From NCBI GenBank assembly GCA_019561615.1, contig JAHEQA010000004.1, positions 42,867 through 106,866 on the forward strand: 64,000 nt of DNA, in the 5' to 3' direction. The notes beneath the pieces were generated by a model. It made no database searches. It was not told the origin of the DNA and saw only the letters and a program-made list of their open reading frames with translations. The translations under genes were made by a program, and so were the position numbers. Origin of the DNA: Methanothermococcus sp. SCGC AD-155-E23 (GTDB lineage Archaea > AGJL01 > Methanococci > Methanococcales > Methanococcaceae). Every line of letters begins with the position of its first letter. The first letter of the stretch is position 1. Below are positions 42,400 through 54,351 of the stretch, piece by piece.

Positions 42400-43692
42400 A
42401 TGGACAGGAGAAGTTATCTCACTTCAAAGTTTAAGGAGGATACAAAGTTCGCCTCCAAGTACGAGATAGATGTTATAAACAGTCTAACAGATTTAAACCT
42501 TCAATACGACGATCTAGTACTCCTGGAGAAACTCCCTGGTCTAGACTACAGGAAGAGGGTGTATATAGATGAGGATACCCAGATAGGGGTACTGGAGTTT
42601 GATCTTCTAGATCTAGATTGGAAGTTTACCCCCACCCCCTACTACTACCAACTAATTGATTCCAAGAGAATCCAATTAAAGCCCACTAGGAGGAAGTTAA
42701 AGGGTAAGTATCTCAAGGAGGAGTATATAGAGAATCTCAGGGATTTCCTAGAGGCTGTTAAGGGGGAGGAGAGATTTCTTGGAATAGAGATGGGGGACTT
42801 TATTGGAGTAGGAGTAAAGAGGGAGAAGGGTATAAAGTTGAAGGATCTTAAAAGAAAGAAGAAAAATATCTCCGTTAGGAAAATAGAGGACTACTTGGAG
42901 GAGAACAGGGAGAGGATAAATCGCCTTGTGGATTACTCCAGGGACATCCTTAAAAGGTATATAGAGAGATACAGGGAGAGGGGTTATGTGATAAATGCCT
43001 CCTTCAGTGGTGGGAAGGACAGTAGTGTCTCCACCCTCCTTGCAAGGGAGATCATCCCTGACATAGATGTTATATTCATAGATACTGGACTGGAGTATCC
43101 AGATACCTTGAAGTTTGTGAAGAGGTTTGCAAAGGAGTACGATTTAAATCTACATGTAGTAAATGGAGATTACTTCTGGGATCACCTGGAGAGGGAGGGG
43201 ATTCCTACAAAGGACAACAGGTGGTGCAACAGTGTCTGTAAGTTGATACCCTTAAAAAATTTCTTCCTGGAGCACTACCCCAATAAAAAAGTGTTGACTA
43301 TCGATGGATCCAGGAGATTTGAAAGCTTCACAAGATCCAGGTTGAATTATACAAGAAGAAGTGGATTTATAGATTTTCAGGTGAACCTCTTTCCCATACT
43401 GGATTGGAACGCCCTAGACGTCTGGAGCTATATCTTTCTAGAGAATATCCCCTACAACCCACTCTACGACAAGGGATTTGAGAGGATCGGCTGTTACCTC
43501 TGTCCCGCTGCACTTAACAGTGAGTTCTTACGTGTAAGGGATCTCTACCCAGAACTCTGGGAGAGGTGGGTGAATTACTTAAAGAGGTACTACACCATGG
43601 AAGAGATACTTAGAGGTTTCTGGAGGTGGAGGGAGCTCCCTCCAAAGATGAAGGAGTTGAAAAGGTTGTTAAGTAAGAAAAAAATAGATTAA
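42400..43692 (+). CDS. PAPS/APS-reductase-family (PP-loop) protein
   Basis: SFSGGKDS, IDTGLEY, RWCNSVCK, GSRRFES, GFERIGCYLCP. Confidence 0.85.
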   Translation: MDRRSYLTSKFKEDTKFASKYEIDVINSLTDLNLQYDDLVLLEKLPGLDYRKRVYIDEDTQIGVLEFDLLDLDWKFTPTPYYYQLIDSKRIQLKPTRRKLKGKYLKEEYIENLRDFLEAVKGEERFLGIEMGDFIGVGVKREKGIKLKDLKRKKKNISVRKIEDYLEENRERINRLVDYSRDILKRYIERYRERGYVINASFSGGKDSSVSTLLAREIIPDIDVIFIDTGLEYPDTLKFVKRFAKEYDLNLHVVNGDYFWDHLEREGIPTKDNRWCNSVCKLIPLKNFFLEHYPNKKVLTIDGSRRFESFTRSRLNYTRRSGFIDFQVNLFPILDWNALDVWSYIFLENIPYNPLYDKGFERIGCYLCPAALNSEFLRVRDLYPELWERWVNYLKRYYTMEEILRGFWRWRELPPKMKELKRLLSKKKID

Positions 43693-43743
43693 AATACCAA
43701 TCTTGATATTTACTAAAAATAAAATTTCGGGGGGGATAGTACC

Positions 43744-45018
43744 ATGGGAATGACACTTGTTGAAAAGATCCTGGCTAAGGCCTCTGGAAGGAGATCTGTA
43801 TCTCCAGGAGATATAGTGATGGCAAAGATAGATGTGGCCATGGTTCATGACATTACAGGGCCGCTAACTGTGAAAACCCTGGAGAAGGCGGGGATAGACA
43901 GGGTCTGGGATCCTGACAAGATAGTAGTACTCTTTGATCACCAGGTGCCTGCTGACAGTATCGACGCCGCCAAGAACCATGCCCTTATGAGGAGGTTTGT
44001 AAAGAAACATGGGATAAAGAACTTCTACGATATAAGGGAGGGTATATGTCATCAGGTGCTCCCTGAGAAGGGTCATGTTGTTCCAGGTACTGTAGTTGTT
44101 GGGGCAGACTCCCATACCTGTACCCATGGAGCCTTTGGAGCATTTGCAACAGGTATAGGAAGTACAGACATGGCAGCAGTATTTGCCACTGGAGAGCTAT
44201 GGTTCAAGGTGCCTGAGACCCTCTACTTCAATATCACAGGGGAGTTGAAACCCTATGTAACCTCTAAGGATGTAATCCTCCATATCATCGGTGAGGTAGG
44301 ATTTGACGGGGCGACCTACAAGGCTGTACAGTATGGAGGGGAAACTGTTAGGAATATGAGTGTATCCTCAAGGATGACCATGACAAACATGGCCATTGAG
44401 ATGGGTGCAAAAACAGGGGTTATAGAGCCTGATGAGAAAACAATCAAGTATGTAAAGGAGGCTATGAGGAGACATGGAAGGGAGAGACCCTTCGAGGTAA
44501 TAAGGGGGGATGAAGATGCAGAGTACGAGGAGGTCTACGAGATAGAGGTGGATGACTTAGAACCTGTATTCGCCTGTCCTCACGCTGTAGATAATGTAAA
44601 ACCTGCAAGGGAGGTTGCTGGAAAACCTGTAGATCAGGTGTTCATAGGCTCCTGTACCAACGGAAGATTGGAGGACTTAAGGGCGGCAATAAGGATTATA
44701 GAGGAGCATGGAGGTATCGCTGAGGATGTGAGGGTTATAGTAACTCCTGCCTCAAGGGAGGTTATGCTAGCTGCCATGAAGGAAGGGATTATACAGAAGT
44801 TCTACAAGTATGGATGTGTTGTAACCAACCCCTCCTGCTCTGCATGTATGGGATCACTTTACGGCATCCTAGGTCCTGGGGAGGTAGGGGTTGCCACCTC
44901 TAACAGGAACTTCAGAGGTAGGGAGGGATCCCTAGATTCTGAGGTGTATCTGGCATCTCCTATTACAGCGGCAGCCTGTGCAGTTAAGGGGGAGTTAGTA
45001 GATCCAAGGGACCTATAG
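43744..45018 (+). CDS. leuC: isopropylmalate/citramalate isomerase large subunit
   Basis: [37 protein letters not shown]. Confidence 0.9.
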   Translation: MGMTLVEKILAKASGRRSVSPGDIVMAKIDVAMVHDITGPLTVKTLEKAGIDRVWDPDKIVVLFDHQVPADSIDAAKNHALMRRFVKKHGIKNFYDIREGICHQVLPEKGHVVPGTVVVGADSHTCTHGAFGAFATGIGSTDMAAVFATGELWFKVPETLYFNITGELKPYVTSKDVILHIIGEVGFDGATYKAVQYGGETVRNMSVSSRMTMTNMAIEMGAKTGVIEPDEKTIKYVKEAMRRHGRERPFEVIRGDEDAEYEEVYEIEVDDLEPVFACPHAVDNVKPAREVAGKPVDQVFIGSCTNGRLEDLRAAIRIIEEHGGIAEDVRVIVTPASREVMLAAMKEGIIQKFYKYGCVVTNPSCSACMGSLYGILGPGEVGVATSNRNFRGREGSLDSEVYLASPITAAACAVKGELVDPRDL

Positions 45019-45906
45019 TTTAAAGTAAGGTTCCCTTCTAAGTATCCCCTCACGTATACACTCTCTTATATCTTCCCCTCTCCTTAGGGGTGTAAGTATG
45101 TCCACCAAGTTATCCTCCCTTAGGAGACAGGGTTTTATATATCCGTCGTAGGTCAGCCTTATCCTTGTACAGTGTCTACAGAACTCTGTATTGTCCATAG
45201 GTCTGACAAACTCCACCTCTAAATCCCCTATATAGTACTTCCTCCTGTTGTGCATCCACCTCCTTTTCACCACCCTATCTGCCATCTCCTCTATCCTCCT
45301 CTCTATAGGAGTAATATCTACGTAGTATCTTCTAAGATTTTCATCTAGGGGCATAAGCTCTATAACCTGGAGTATGGCTCCAACCTCCCTACAGTAGTCC
45401 ATGAGATCCTCAAGATCCTCCAGGGTGTTCTTCATCACCAGATAGTTTATCTTCAGGGGTGTAAGTCCCACCTCTATAGCCCTCTCTATACCTGCCTTCA
45501 CCACATTCACATCTCCGTATCCAGTTATCCTCCTGTACTTCTCAGGATCTAAGGTGTCTAAACTGACATTAACTCTATGGAGGCCGGCGTCTTTTAATAC
45601 CTCGGCATACCTTTCCAGGAGGGTTCCATTGGTAGTTAGGGAGATCTCCTCTATCCTAGGATTAGATATGTTCTCAAGGATCTCAGGTAGATCCCCTCTT
45701 AGGAGAGGCTCCCCTCCAGATATCTTTATCTTTTTAATTCCAAAGTCTAAAAAGGCCCTTACAATTTCCCCTATCTCCTCAGGTGTCATGGACCTACCCT
45801 TGGAGTTGTTATAGCCCTCCCTGTGACAGTAGAAACATCTTAGATTACAGTGAGGTGTTACAGATATCCTTAGGGATCTTACCTCTCTCTTGAAGGGGTC
45901 CCTCAT
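45013..45906 (-). CDS. moaA: GTP 3',8-cyclase (radical SAM)
   Basis: [28 protein letters not shown]. Confidence 0.95.
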   Translation of the reverse strand: MRDPFKREVRSLRISVTPHCNLRCFYCHREGYNNSKGRSMTPEEIGEIVRAFLDFGIKKIKISGGEPLLRGDLPEILENISNPRIEEISLTTNGTLLERYAEVLKDAGLHRVNVSLDTLDPEKYRRITGYGDVNVVKAGIERAIEVGLTPLKINYLVMKNTLEDLEDLMDYCREVGAILQVIELMPLDENLRRYYVDITPIERRIEEMADRVVKRRWMHNRRKYYIGDLEVEFVRPMDNTEFCRHCTRIRLTYDGYIKPCLLREDNLVDILTPLRRGEDIRECIREGILRREPYFKL

Positions 45907-45996
45907 ACCTATCCCAGGGTTAATTGATAATAGTTAATATTTGGCAAAGATTAATTAAAATATTTTTACTCCAAAAAAGTATAAAAGGGGAGATTT

Positions 45997-46638
45997 ATGG
46001 AATACCTCAACCTTTTTATATACTCCTTCACCTCCCTCTTCATCCTCATGAATCCTATAGGACTGGCACCTCTTTTTTACATGTGGACTGTCAACAATAC
46101 AGAGAAGGAGATAATCCATATCCTCAAGAGAACTGCAGTGGTGGTGATACTAACCCTGTTAATCTTCGGCTTCTTTGGAAGATATATTTTCAATTTTTTT
46201 GGCATTACCCTAGACTCCTTTAAGGTAATTGGAGGGCTCTTGATATTGAAGATATCCTGGGATATGCTCCATGCAAAGATGTCCAAGATAAAACAGACGG
46301 AGAGGGAGAAGGAGGAGATGTCACAGTTGGAGGATATTGCAGTGGTACCCCTAGGTATACCTCTACTTGCAGGCCCTGGAAGTGTAACAACCACCATTAT
46401 ACTTATGGAGCACTGTCGTGGAATACTGGAAAAGTTAGTTATAGTGGTCTCCATTATCCTGGCCACAGCTGTCTCCATACTTATACTCTATATATCTGAG
46501 AAGATAGTGATGGCTTTAAGGACCTCAGGGATATATGCAGTTGTTAGAATTATGGGTTTAATACTAGGGGCAATATCCATAGAGATTATGTGGAGTGGTC
46601 TAGTAGGTCTAATATCCTCCTCGGGCATACTAAGATAA
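45997..46638 (+). CDS. MarC-family (NAAT) membrane protein
   Basis: [24 protein letters not shown]; about six hydrophobic segments. Confidence 0.9.
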   Translation: MEYLNLFIYSFTSLFILMNPIGLAPLFYMWTVNNTEKEIIHILKRTAVVVILTLLIFGFFGRYIFNFFGITLDSFKVIGGLLILKISWDMLHAKMSKIKQTEREKEEMSQLEDIAVVPLGIPLLAGPGSVTTTIILMEHCRGILEKLVIVVSIILATAVSILILYISEKIVMALRTSGIYAVVRIMGLILGAISIEIMWSGLVGLISSSGILR

Positions 46639-46648
46639 CGGTGAAAAG

Positions 46649-47371
46649 ATGATAGTTATCCCAGCTGTTGATATTAAGGACAGGAAGTGTGTTCAACTTG
46701 TACAGGGGGATCCAAATAGGAAACTTGTAGAGTTAGAGGATCCCCTTAAGGTGGCAGAGAAGTGGGTGGAGGAAGGTGCTGAGATGATCCATGTTGTAGA
46801 TTTAGATAGGGCTATATACCAGAGGGACACCAACCTAGATATAGTTAAGGAGATAGTAGGTTCCCTAGAGGTACCTGTACAGGTAGGAGGTGGTATAAGG
46901 ACTTTAGAAGATGCAATGGATCTCATAGATGCTGGAGCTTACAGGGTTATCCTAGGTACCTCTGCAGTGAGGAATCCTGAGATTGTGGAGGCACTATCTA
47001 AGGAGGTGGGAAGGGAGAAGGTTATGGTTGCACTGGACTCCAGGGGAGGAAAGGTGGTTATAAGGGGATGGAGAGAGAGAACTAAGTACTCCCCAGTGGA
47101 GATTGGCAAGATCCTGGAGGAGAAGGGAGCAGGAAGTATACTCTTTACAGATGTAGATGTTGAGGGCTTACTTAGAGGTGTAAAGATTCACAGCGTCAAG
47201 ACCTTGGTAGAGGAGTTAAACATTCCAGTTGTGGCATCAGGTGGTATCAGTAGTTACCAGGATATCCTGAAATTAAGGGATGTTGGAGTTGAGGGGGTAG
47301 TTATAGGATCTGCACTTTATAAAAACATACTGGATCTCAGGAAGTGTATCCAGATCTCCAAAGGTGGTTAA
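46649..47371 (+). CDS. hisA: ProFAR isomerase
   Basis: IPAVDI..KCVQL.QG, HVVDLD, QVGGGIR, ASGGI. Confidence 0.95.
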   Translation: MIVIPAVDIKDRKCVQLVQGDPNRKLVELEDPLKVAEKWVEEGAEMIHVVDLDRAIYQRDTNLDIVKEIVGSLEVPVQVGGGIRTLEDAMDLIDAGAYRVILGTSAVRNPEIVEALSKEVGREKVMVALDSRGGKVVIRGWRERTKYSPVEIGKILEEKGAGSILFTDVDVEGLLRGVKIHSVKTLVEELNIPVVASGGISSYQDILKLRDVGVEGVVIGSALYKNILDLRKCIQISKGG

Positions 47372-48304
47372 ATGAACTTCGAGGATAGGAAAAAGATAGT
47401 TGCAGTTGGGCATATTGCCCTTGATTACATCTTTAACGTTGAAAGATTCCCTGAACCAAACACCTCTGTTCAGATACCCTCTGTTAAAAGGTACTACGGA
47501 GGTTCAGCCTGTAACGTAGCTGTGGCAGTTGCTAAATTAGGACTTCAATCTGCTATAGTCTCCTGTGTAGGATACGACTTTACCAACAGTGGCTACAGTA
47601 CCTATTTGAAGAACCTCAATGTAGACATCTCCAACGTCTATCACTCAGACGAGGAGGAGACCCCCAAGGCCTGGATATTTACAGATCCTAGAAACAACCA
47701 GATAACCTTTTTCCTCTGGGGTGCAGCTAAACACTACAAGGAGTTAAAACCTCCAACCTTTGACGGAGACATAGTACATCTAGCCACAGGTGATCCAGAG
47801 TTCAATGTAAGATGTGTAGATGCTGCAAAGAGAGATGACAAGTTGATATCCTTTGACCCTGGACAGGATCTCCCCCTCTACACCAGGGAGAATATGGAGT
47901 ACATCCTGGACAATGTAGACTTTGTCTTTATGAATATTCACGAGTACAGGAGAACCCTTAAACTGTTAAATATAGGGGAGGAGGATTTTAGAAAGATGGT
48001 ACCTGTTTTAGTGGTAACCTTTGGAGAGAGGGGAAGTGTTATCTACCTCAGGGACAGGGAGATAGAGATACCCTCCATACCTACAAAGGTTGAGGACCCT
48101 ACAGGTGCTGGAGATGGCTACAGGGCTGGATTTCTAAGTGCCTACCTCAGGGGCTACAGCCTTAAAGACTGTGGTATTATCGCCTCTACTGTGGCCTCCT
48201 TTGTAGTAGAGAGGAGGGGATGCCAGACAAACCTACCTACATGGAGGGATGTTATGGAGAGGTTGAGGGAGAGGGGATACACTGTTGGAGAATTAAGGGA
48301 TTAA
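47372..48304 (+). CDS. PfkB-family nucleoside kinase
   Basis: YGGSACNVA, FDPGQD, DPTGAGDGY. Confidence 0.9.
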   Translation: MNFEDRKKIVAVGHIALDYIFNVERFPEPNTSVQIPSVKRYYGGSACNVAVAVAKLGLQSAIVSCVGYDFTNSGYSTYLKNLNVDISNVYHSDEEETPKAWIFTDPRNNQITFFLWGAAKHYKELKPPTFDGDIVHLATGDPEFNVRCVDAAKRDDKLISFDPGQDLPLYTRENMEYILDNVDFVFMNIHEYRRTLKLLNIGEEDFRKMVPVLVVTFGERGSVIYLRDREIEIPSIPTKVEDPTGAGDGYRAGFLSAYLRGYSLKDCGIIASTVASFVVERRGCQTNLPTWRDVMERLRERGYTVGELRD

Positions 48305-48702
48305 TCCCTTTTGTACACCTTGACTATCCCCCTATCTCCATCGAGAACTATCCAATCTCCAGTGTCTATCTTGGAGATGTCCACCTTATCCACCAGGGGG
48401 ATCCTAGCTAGTATAGCCCCAGTAGCTACTATAGGTTCACACTCCCTGTTTACAATCCCCTTCAATATACCTCTCTTTCCCAGGGCATATATAACGTAGG
48501 ATCCTACAGTACTACCTTTACCAGTTGGGAAGACAAGTATCTTATCCCTAATACTTTTACCGTATATGTCACTCTCCCTGTCCACTACAACACCCTCCCT
48601 GTTTACACCACCTAGGAAGGATATAGGTTTACGGGAGACTAGAGCCTCACCTTCAACTCTCCCCTTGGATATACCTCTTCCCTTCATCTCGATGTAATTC
48701 AT
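48301..48702 (-). CDS. DUF126 / aconitase X swivel subunit (phosphomevalonate dehydratase small subunit)
   Basis: GEALVS, ISFLGGV, GKGSTVGSY; real start at ATG 48702, the upstream part of the 265-aa ORF is antisense to the RNA ligase. Confidence 0.85.
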   Translation of the reverse strand: MNYIEMKGRGISKGRVEGEALVSRKPISFLGGVNREGVVVDRESDIYGKSIRDKILVFPTGKGSTVGSYVIYALGKRGILKGIVNRECEPIVATGAILARIPLVDKVDISKIDTGDWIVLDGDRGIVKVYKRD

Positions 48703-48736
48703 GCTATCCCCAATTAAAATAATAGTAGTGATTCCC

Positions 48737-49894
48737 ATGGATATAGATATCTCCAAGGTATCGGAGAGGTTAAACTTAGAGGAGGATATATTAAGAAGTG
48801 CCATAGAGAGGAGGGTGATCTCCCTCTGTAGATACAGGGATATAAAGTATATAGCATTTAAGAAGAAGGTTAGACATGTTGAGAGGGGAACTGTCCTATT
48901 TTTAAATGAGAATATGGACGTTGTAATGGGGTATCCAAAGATAAGGAGGGCTTTAGTGTTAGATCCAACAGTTAAAAAGTACTTCGTAGACAAGGTGGTA
49001 GTTGAGGAGAAGTTAAATGGATACAATGTAAGGGTTGTGAAGATAGATGGGAAGGTGTTTGGGATTACCAGGGGTGGTAGGATCTGTCCCTTTACCACTA
49101 AGAAGCTGTTGAAGCTTTTGGATAGAGAGATCTTGGAAGACTATCCAGGGATAACCCTATGTGGAGAGATGGTAGGGTTGAACAACCCCTATGTCTCCCA
49201 CTACTACCCTGAGGTGGATAGGGAGATCTGTGAGGGTATTAAAGAAAATCTAGGTCTATACATATTCGATGTAAGGGAGGGAAATACCTCCCTACCTGTG
49301 AAGGAGAAGATTGAACTTCTTGAGGAGTACAAGATTCCCCATGTAAAACCTCTAGGCATATTTAAGAAGGAGGAGATTGAGGAGATAAAAAGTATTGTGT
49401 TAAAGTTAGAGAGGGAAGGTAGGGAGGGAATAGTGATGAAGGATCCAGATATGCTCCTAGATCCCATAAAGTATACAACCCATTATACCCACTGCCAGGA
49501 TCTCTCCGTAGCCTTTAGATATACCTTTGACCTAGGTATTCACTTTATGTTCAGTAGACTGGTAAGGGAGGGTTATCAATCCTACGAGTTTAAGGAGGGA
49601 GAGGAGGAGTTGGAAAAAAGAGCTGTATCTATAGGGAGATCCATAATATATCCCATGGTTGAGTCTATATGGAAGGTCTCCAGGGGGGAGTTGATTACTG
49701 AGGACTTTGAGTTGTACTTTGAGAATGAGGAGGATCTTGAGGAGTTTCTCAAATATCTAAAAGAGGTCCATATATCCTACGTTCTAAAGGAGAAGGAGGT
49801 GTTAAAAAATAGCATCTTTAGGGTTGTTATAGGCAAGGTCTATCCCACCACCAGGGATAAGATAAAGAGTTATCTAGAGGGCAGTTTGTGGTGA
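48737..49894 (+). CDS. ATP-dependent RNA ligase (Rnl3/Pab1020 family)
   Basis: GYPKIRR, EEKLNGYNVR (motif I), TRGG.ICPFT, REGIVMK, IKYTT. Confidence 0.9.
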   Translation: MDIDISKVSERLNLEEDILRSAIERRVISLCRYRDIKYIAFKKKVRHVERGTVLFLNENMDVVMGYPKIRRALVLDPTVKKYFVDKVVVEEKLNGYNVRVVKIDGKVFGITRGGRICPFTTKKLLKLLDREILEDYPGITLCGEMVGLNNPYVSHYYPEVDREICEGIKENLGLYIFDVREGNTSLPVKEKIELLEEYKIPHVKPLGIFKKEEIEEIKSIVLKLEREGREGIVMKDPDMLLDPIKYTTHYTHCQDLSVAFRYTFDLGIHFMFSRLVREGYQSYEFKEGEEELEKRAVSIGRSIIYPMVESIWKVSRGELITEDFELYFENEEDLEEFLKYLKEVHISYVLKEKEVLKNSIFRVVIGKVYPTTRDKIKSYLEGSLW

Positions 49895-51744
49895 TTTACT
49901 TCCTTATCTTCTTCTATCTCCTCTATAGTACACTCAATCTCGTCCAGGGAGTAGATACCGATACTTCCCTCCTTAACAGCTCTTATAGCTTCTATAGCTG
50001 AAAGGGCTGCTCTTATAGTGGTGATATAGGGGATGTTAAACTCCACTGCAGCCCTCCTGATGTAGTACCCCTCGGACTTGGCCTTACCTCCAGAGGCTGT
50101 ATTTATAATCAGGTTTATCTCCCCCTTCTGAATCAACTGGAGTATATTACCTGTGGAACCCTCAGATATCTTCTTAACCACCTTCACCTCTATTCCCTCC
50201 CTTCTAATCACCTCTGCAGTACCTTTAGTGGCTACTATCTCAAAGCCTAACTCCTTAAACTTCTTGGCAATATAGGGGGCGTACTTCTTATCCCTGTCTT
50301 TAAGACTTATAAACACTGTTCCAGAGGTTGGAAGCTTCATATTTGCCGAGAGTTGAGCCTTGTAGTAGGCCTTACCAAAATCCACATCTATACCTATGGC
50401 CTCCCCTGTAGACTTCATCTCTGGACCTAGAACTGGATCTACCCCAGGTAACTTCTGGAAGGGGAATACCGCCTCCTTAACACTTACGTACTTACCCCTC
50501 GCAAGACCTACATACCCTATATCCCTTAGTTTCTCACCCATTATAACCCTGGTAGCTATTTTAGCCAGTGGTATACCAATGGATTTACTTACATAGGGTA
50601 CAGTTCTACTTGCCCTTGGATTGGCCTCAAGTACATAGACTGTATCGTCCTTAATTGCAAATTGAATATTTATCAGTCCAATTACTCCCAACTCCCTACT
50701 TATCTTTACTGTGTACCTTACTATCTTTCTTATTATATCCTCTGAGAGGTTCTGAGGTGGCAGTACACAGGCACTATCTCCACTGTGTACCCCAGCCTCC
50801 TCTATATGCTCCATTATCCCCCCTATGAATACATCCCTCCCGTCACATACGGCATCTACATCTACCTCTATGGCATCCTCCAGGAACTTGTCTATCAGTA
50901 TAGGGTGCTCAGGAGATACCTTAACTGCCTCCCTTATATACTCCCTTAGATCCTCCTCGCTGTAGATGATCTCCATGGCCCTACCTCCCAATACGTAGGA
51001 GGGTCTAACAAGGACAGGATAACCTATTCTCCTTGCAACCTCTATGGCCTCCTCCTCGTTGTATACTGTAGCACCCTCAGGTTGAGGTATTCCCAACCTC
51101 TTTAGAAATTTCGAGAACTCCTCCCTGTCCTCTGCCAAATGAATGGACCTTGGAGAGGTACCTAGTATCTTCACATCTGTTTTATGGTACAACTCCATAG
51201 CCAGGTTTATGGCGGTTTGACCTCCAAACTGGACTATAACACCTAGGAGATTCCCATCCCTTCTCTCGTTCTCTATAACGTTCATTACCTCCTCAAAGGT
51301 AAGGGGTTCAAAGTAGAGCTTATCTGAGGTATCGTAATCTGTAGAGACTGTCTCAGGGTTGTTGTTTATTATTATAGCCTCTATGCCCATCTCCTTCAGT
51401 GCCCATACCGCATGGACTGTAGAGTAGTCAAACTCCACCCCCTGCCCTATTCTAATAGGACCAGAACCTAGGATAATTACCTTGTCCCTCTTTGAGGGGA
51501 TACTCTCATTCTGCTCCTGGTAGAATATCTGTTCATAACAGGAGTAGAAGTAGGGAGTCTTAGCCTCAAACTCTGCTGCACAGGTGTCAACCATCTTGTA
51601 AACAGGTGTAATGTTAAGTTCCTCCCTTAACTTCCTAACCTCCATCTCATCCTTCTTAAGGAGATGGGCTATCTGTCTATCTGAGAAACCTAACATCTTA
51701 CACTCCAGAAGTATCTCCCTAAGTGAATCCCTGTCTATGGCCAT
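49870..51744 (-). CDS. carB2: carbamoyl-phosphate synthase large chain, C-terminal section
   Basis: YKMVDTCAAEF, GSGPIRIGQG, RPSYVLGG, NPRASRT, MGS domain. Confidence 0.95.
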   Translation of the reverse strand: MAIDRDSLREILLECKMLGFSDRQIAHLLKKDEMEVRKLREELNITPVYKMVDTCAAEFEAKTPYFYSCYEQIFYQEQNESIPSKRDKVIILGSGPIRIGQGVEFDYSTVHAVWALKEMGIEAIIINNNPETVSTDYDTSDKLYFEPLTFEEVMNVIENERRDGNLLGVIVQFGGQTAINLAMELYHKTDVKILGTSPRSIHLAEDREEFSKFLKRLGIPQPEGATVYNEEEAIEVARRIGYPVLVRPSYVLGGRAMEIIYSEEDLREYIREAVKVSPEHPILIDKFLEDAIEVDVDAVCDGRDVFIGGIMEHIEEAGVHSGDSACVLPPQNLSEDIIRKIVRYTVKISRELGVIGLINIQFAIKDDTVYVLEANPRASRTVPYVSKSIGIPLAKIATRVIMGEKLRDIGYVGLARGKYVSVKEAVFPFQKLPGVDPVLGPEMKSTGEAIGIDVDFGKAYYKAQLSANMKLPTSGTVFISLKDRDKKYAPYIAKKFKELGFEIVATKGTAEVIRREGIEVKVVKKISEGSTGNILQLIQKGEINLIINTASGGKAKSEGYYIRRAAVEFNIPYITTIRAALSAIEAIRAVKEGSIGIYSLDEIECTIEEIEEDKEVNHHKLPSR

Positions 51745-51760
51745 TCTACCACCTAAAGAT

Positions 51761-53200
51761 CTATATCAGATTGGACAGTACTTCCAACTTCTTCTTCATC
51801 TCCACGATCTTCTTTATCTTCTCTATGAAGAAGGGATGTATGGAGGTTAACTCACATATCTCTGAAACTGTCCAACCTCTATCTAAGGCCTCTGCAATTA
51901 CGAAGATTCTCTCATCTGTTGGATTCTTTAAGAGGTACTCAATCTCCTCGTTACTGTAACCTTTCTCCCTTCCATCCCCTATAATACCATACCTTCCAAT
52001 GTCTAAACTCCTTATAGCCTTCTGGAGCGCCTCCTCGAAGGTCCTCCCTATTGCCATTACCTCTCCTGTAGATTTCATAGAGGTCCCAAGGGTTCTATCT
52101 ACAGTTCTAAACTTGTCAAAGGGCCATCTAGGGATCTTCACAACTACATAGTCCAAGGTAGGTTCAAAGACTGCAGGTGTCTCCTTAGTTATGTCATTCA
52201 TAATCTCGTCTAGGGTCATCCCTATGGCTATCTTGGCGGCTATCTTTGCAATGGGGTATCCTGTTGCCTTACTTGCAAGGGCAGAACTTCTACTTACCCT
52301 TGGGTTAACCTCTATGACCCTGTATTCAGTCATGTCCTCATTTACTGCAAACTGTATATTACATCCACCCTCTATAGAGAGGTGCCTGATAACATTTAGA
52401 GAGGCATTTCTCAGTATCTGATGCATCTCGTCACTGAGGGTCTGGGAGGGGGCAGTAACTATACTCTCCCCTGTATGTATCCCCATGGGATCTATGTTCT
52501 CTATGTTACATACTACGATACAGTTGTCCTTACTATCCCTCATAACCTCGTACTCGTACTCCCTCCATCCAAGGACACTTTCATCTATTAACACCTGATT
52601 TATCAGGGAGTAGGTGAGACCCCTCTCTACAATCCTCTTCAACTCCTCCTCGTTATGGGCTATACCTCCTCCAGTACCTCCCAGGGTAAAGGCAGGTCTT
52701 ACAATTACAGGGTAGCCCAGGAGGGAAACTGCATCAAGTGCCTCTTCCACGGAACTTACAGCGTAACATTTAGTTGTAGGCTCACCTATACTCTCCATGG
52801 CTTTCTTAAATAGATCCCTATCTTCACAGGTCTCTATGGTTTTAACCCTTGAACCTAGGAGTTCTACGTTGTACTTCTCCAGGATACCTCTGTTATGTAA
52901 CTCCATTGCCAGGTTCAAGGCAGTCTGTCCCCCCATAGTTGGAAGTATTGCATCAGGTCTCTCCCTCTCTATGATCCTCTCCACAATGCTTACATCCAGG
53001 GGTTCCAGATAGATCTTGTCGGCAATACCCTTATCTGTCTGGATAGAGGCAGGGTTGGAGTTTACTAGGATGGTGTAAATACCCTCCTCCCTTAGAGCCT
53101 TACATGCCTGGGAACCTGAGTAGTCAAACTCTGCAGCTTGACCGATTACTATAGGACCAGAACCTAGTATCATCACACGCTCAATATCTTCCCTCTTCAA
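51761..53200 (-). CDS. carB1: carbamoyl-phosphate synthase large chain, N-terminal section
   Basis: [41 protein letters not shown]. Confidence 0.95.
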   Translation of the reverse strand: MKREDIERVMILGSGPIVIGQAAEFDYSGSQACKALREEGIYTILVNSNPASIQTDKGIADKIYLEPLDVSIVERIIERERPDAILPTMGGQTALNLAMELHNRGILEKYNVELLGSRVKTIETCEDRDLFKKAMESIGEPTTKCYAVSSVEEALDAVSLLGYPVIVRPAFTLGGTGGGIAHNEEELKRIVERGLTYSLINQVLIDESVLGWREYEYEVMRDSKDNCIVVCNIENIDPMGIHTGESIVTAPSQTLSDEMHQILRNASLNVIRHLSIEGGCNIQFAVNEDMTEYRVIEVNPRVSRSSALASKATGYPIAKIAAKIAIGMTLDEIMNDITKETPAVFEPTLDYVVVKIPRWPFDKFRTVDRTLGTSMKSTGEVMAIGRTFEEALQKAIRSLDIGRYGIIGDGREKGYSNEEIEYLLKNPTDERIFVIAEALDRGWTVSEICELTSIHPFFIEKIKKIVEMKKKLEVLSNLI

Positions 53201-53209
53201 AATTTCACC

Positions 53210-54304
53210 TTATTCTCCATTGTTTAACATCTCTATTAATTTCTTAGCAGCCTCCTCCATAGAATCCTCAACAGATATGCCATTTTCCCTGAGTATCCTT
53301 CTACCCTCCTCCTCCCTGGTACCCATCATTCTAACGGAGAGTTTTACATGGGGATGTTTCTTCAACACCTCAACTATACCCCTTGCAACCTCGTCACACC
53401 TTGTAATCCCTGCCATTATATTTATGAATACTCCCTTTACATCCTCCCTCTCAAGGACCTTCTCAAGTGCCCTCTTAACAATATCTTCACTGGCCCCTCC
53501 ACCAATATCTAGGAAACAGGCTGGATTACCGCCGTACTCCTTTATAATATCCATACTAGCCAGGGTGAGACCAGCCCCATTCCCAATAACTCCAATATCT
53601 CCAGGAAGTTCCACATAGGCAAAGGGAAGATCCTCCCTTTTCCTGTACTCCTCAAATCTACTGTAGTCATGTCTAAAGTATGCATCCTCGTCTAGGTGTA
53701 TTACCCCATCTACAGCTACAACTCTACCATCCTCGGTAATCACCAGGGGATTTATCTCTACAAGGGTGGCATCCCACTCCCTGAATATCCTGTAGGCCCT
53801 GTAGATAACATCTGCAACCTTGGGTATCTCCTGGGAGGGTAGACCAAGATCCTTCAACATATTCCTGGCCATGTAGGGTAGGAACTCCTCCTGTGGATCT
53901 ACGTAGTACCTTACTATCTTCTCGGGACTTCTCCTGGCAACTTCCTCTATATCCACTCCTCCCTCTGTGGAGAAGAGTATAAGGGGTTTTTTCTCCACCC
54001 TGTCTATAACTATACCTAGGTAGTACTCCTTTTTAACTGGTACCCTCTCCTCCACAAGTACCTTCTCCACCTTCTCCCCCTTTATACTCTTATTTAGCAA
54101 CTCCTCGATCTTCCTATTTGCCTCCTCCAAGGTATCTGCAAATAGGACTCCTCCAGCCTTACCCCTACCCCCCACTAAAACCTGGGCCTTAATTACCACT
54201 GGACCCTTTATCTCCTCCAACTTTCCAGAGGTTACAAAACCCCTAGGGACAGGTATGCCGTATTCCTTAAAAATTTCCTTGGCTTCGTACTCGTGGAGTT
54301 TCAT
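53210..54304 (-). CDS. sucC: succinyl-CoA synthetase beta subunit
   Basis: LHEYEAK, KAQV..GGRGKAGG, EINPL, GNGAGL, FLDIGGG. Confidence 0.94.
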   Translation of the reverse strand: MKLHEYEAKEIFKEYGIPVPRGFVTSGKLEEIKGPVVIKAQVLVGGRGKAGGVLFADTLEEANRKIEELLNKSIKGEKVEKVLVEERVPVKKEYYLGIVIDRVEKKPLILFSTEGGVDIEEVARRSPEKIVRYYVDPQEEFLPYMARNMLKDLGLPSQEIPKVADVIYRAYRIFREWDATLVEINPLVITEDGRVVAVDGVIHLDEDAYFRHDYSRFEEYRKREDLPFAYVELPGDIGVIGNGAGLTLASMDIIKEYGGNPACFLDIGGGASEDIVKRALEKVLEREDVKGVFINIMAGITRCDEVARGIVEVLKKHPHVKLSVRMMGTREEEGRRILRENGISVEDSMEEAAKKLIEMLNNGE

Positions 54305-54351
54305 AACTTCCACCTAAATTTTAATTTAAACAGGGAAAAGTGTAAAAACAG

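Noticed and set aside
48703-49098. N-terminal 132 aa of the 265-aa DUF126 ORF
   Set aside because: Antisense to the RNA ligase; the recognisable DUF126 sequence begins at ATG 48702
49870-53200. carB in two ORFs as a frameshifted pseudogene
   Set aside because: Each part has its own RBS and intact motifs; split CarB1/CarB2 is known in Methanococcales
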